Assembly: GCF_006345805.1 (NCBI RefSeq)
Contig: NW_021832222.1
Location: 1 to 64,000, forward strand
Reading direction: 5' to 3'
DNA from: Octopus sinensis
Lineage: Eukaryota
DNA length: 64,000 nucleotides
Positions 61,968 through 64,000 of this stretch are shown piece after piece. A program made the translations under genes and the position numbers. The notes beneath the pieces were generated by a model that saw only the letters and a list, made by a program, of their open reading frames with translations, did no database searches and was not told the origin of the DNA. Position 1 is the first letter of the stretch. Each line of letters opens with the position of its first letter.

Positions 61968-62884
61968 ATGTACAAAGTGGAGGATTCCCTGTTTTACGGC
62001 TCTACAAGCTTCATCATTTGCTTCTTAAATTATAAATATGCTGGACCATATTTATCCACACAATTCTTCCCCATATACAATAAATTGTCCAACTACGAAA
62101 AAGTCGAATGGAATAAAAGGTTCCATTAAACTCTAAACATCCTGAGATATATATCTACACTCCATGCCAGCATAGTGACGTGTTTGGCAATTTACGTTCT
62201 TATGAGTGACGATAATCTCATCTCTGAACCACTATGGTTTCTAAATAGTTTTAAATAGTTCAGGCATCGATCCGATTCGGCCGTGTCTCTTTGCGGTGTT
62301 GTTGTCGGCTATCTCGTTTTTGGTGCTTTTTGTACTGTTAATATTAAAAGATTTTATTATTTTATTCAAGTCGGTCAAATATTTTGGTGTCGACATTATT
62401 TCATTTTTTCACCACATAATTTCCATAAATGCATATTTTTATGCGATGGTTTGATGATTGTTTTTAAACTTTATAGAGATATAAAACATGTCTTTATTTC
62501 TCAATGTTTCGCCTACTTTCCGAGGCATCGACGCCCTGTATAAACTTCAGGTGAATTTCCCTTATTATTGAAAGATGGGGCTTCACTGTGATTGGATCTA
62601 AAAAAACAAGTAAATATATTTTGGTGAACGGAGTGATGATGACGATTCTTTTTTTTGCTTGTCGTGTGGCCGTGATCCCCTTTTTTTGGATGAAAGTGAA
62701 TTCTGTTTATGACACTCGTGGCTGGAGAGAGTTGGGACAACTCAGTGTGGTTTTGTTGTATTCCTGTATTGGACTGGATTTAATTAATTTGATTTGGTTC
62801 TTTAAAATCTTCCGCGGATGTCGTGCAATATGTCATCGTTTCTTCTCTTGCAATAATAAACTTGGATCAGATCAAGAATTTTGA
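61968..62884 (+). CDS. TLC-domain membrane protein (TLCD4/TMEM56-like)
   Basis: KVEWNKR|YISTLHA, GYL, EASTPCINFR, NGVMMTILFFACRV and LDLINLIWFFKIFRG. Confidence 0.8.
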
Positions 62885-63449
62885 TATTTTCAATTCCGGC
62901 TCAGAACTATTAATATTTGTTTCCATTAAGTATATTTTAATGGGAACGTATAATTTGTTAAAATAATGTATTTTTCATTTCCAGTTATTTCAATAATCTT
63001 GTTAATTAAAACAAACAGGAAATTTAAGACCCGATCGTGTTAGTGATAAAATTTAATATCAAATTGCAAAGTATAAGAAACTTTCAATTAAGTACAAAAT
63101 ATGTATTTAAGTACTTTGCAATAAAACTGTCACAACAATTACTTCATTTATTTTTTCATTAATCAAATATGTAGTATCATAGTGAATCTTTATACTAAAA
63201 ACCACATAATGTTTGCAAAAAATTATTTTACTGGGAGAAATTAAAATTTTCAATGTATTAATGGTCAGAAATAACAAAACAAACTATTATCAAATGATAC
63301 CGTCTGGGAGATATTTTCATATTCCTTACTGAACGCAATAACGGCGATGTTTCTGATGCAGTTAATTTGGTTGAAACAGAAGGTAAATTTTTTATTTCTA
63401 AATATAATAGGTCTATTGCGGTAAAATTTTTATACCACAGATCCACCCT

Positions 63450-63790
63450 CAATGCTTAGATGTAGCGGTGGTTTCCGAGTTAGGATACAATCTCTTAATG
63501 TGAAAGAGAAACACCTTCACAGGATGTTGAAACCTTATGGCCCTGCTGCAGAGACACTAACTCTTCTACGTAAAAATGTTTTTGATGGTGTTATTAAAAT
63601 TGTCAAACATGTCAATATTTATAAATGTTTAGAAATGTATTTTTTGCGTCCATAGGGTCGTCTTTATCCAATCATTGCAAAAAAGCATATGGCTACTAAG
63701 CGTGGTAAAATGTTAAACAATGATTATCTACGAAGACACAGTGAGATTGTAAAGTGTATCCATCTTTATTTGTGTATAGTCTATGGCAGA
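63450..63790 (+). mobile_element. Third degraded fragment of the R4/Dong-like family
   Basis: HMATKRGKMLNNDYLRRHSEIVKCIHLYLC matches 31040-31140. Confidence 0.75.
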
Positions 63791-64000
63791 GTTTTCCAGC
63801 TTTTTTTACGCGCCTCCCTTGAGAAAAAGTACAATCTTGCGCCTCCTTTATATTCCATATATAATACAATTATTATTTTATCAAAAACAATTTTTTAAAA
63901 CAAAAAGGTAATTGAGATAATTTTTTCCATCTTGGCGCAAGTTTTTAAATCTGGGTGTCATCGCAGAGAGTGCTACTCTTAGCTCATTAGTCACTACTAA

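Noticed and set aside
1068-62884. Stop-codon reassignment or programmed frameshifting as the cause of fragmented ORFs
   Set aside because: In the host genes I traced, the stops and frame changes fall inside short GT/GC-AG introns, and TAA, TAG and TGA all serve as real terminators.
1-64000. CRISPR arrays, tRNA or rRNA genes, prokaryotic operons or defence systems
   Set aside because: No repeat-spacer arrays or recognisable tRNA/rRNA were seen, and the gene content is eukaryotic and intron-containing.

Overview
AT-rich, gene-dense eukaryotic DNA. The ORF track is fragmented because genes are split by many tiny spliceosomal introns (mostly about 20-35 nt). Splicing by hand gives about 19 host genes: G-alpha-s, exosome MTR3-like, NWD-type NACHT-WD40, XRN1, DZIP1/Iguana, EED, a FERM-only gene, full FARP, delta-tubulin, COX17, TFIIB, F-box/Kelch, bifunctional PAM, EPC, DDX54, HIBCH, Hippo/STK3-4, a TLC-domain protein and one unknown gene. 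Between them lie transposable elements: RTE-like LINEs, a near-full-length R4/Dong-like RT-RLE element with a 14-bp TSD, CRE-like fragments, two pogo/Tigger elements with TIRs, and Tc1/IS630, Merlin and piggyBac relics. A metazoan gene set, ciliary genes and ultra-short introns suggest a highly reduced ciliated animal such as a dicyemid mesozoan (inference, not proven). Top leads: (1) a ~120-nt GC-rich, potentially pseudoknotted RNA at the inferred 5' end of an RTE element, a candidate ribozyme that fits no class I could match by eye; (2) relaxed tiny-intron splice signals; (3) three FARP-FERM copies with a gene-conversion tract; (4) a retro-insertion hotspot with two 14-bp TSDs; (5) a G-alpha-s with a possibly activating G5 substitution. 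All exon structures were read manually and no database search was run.
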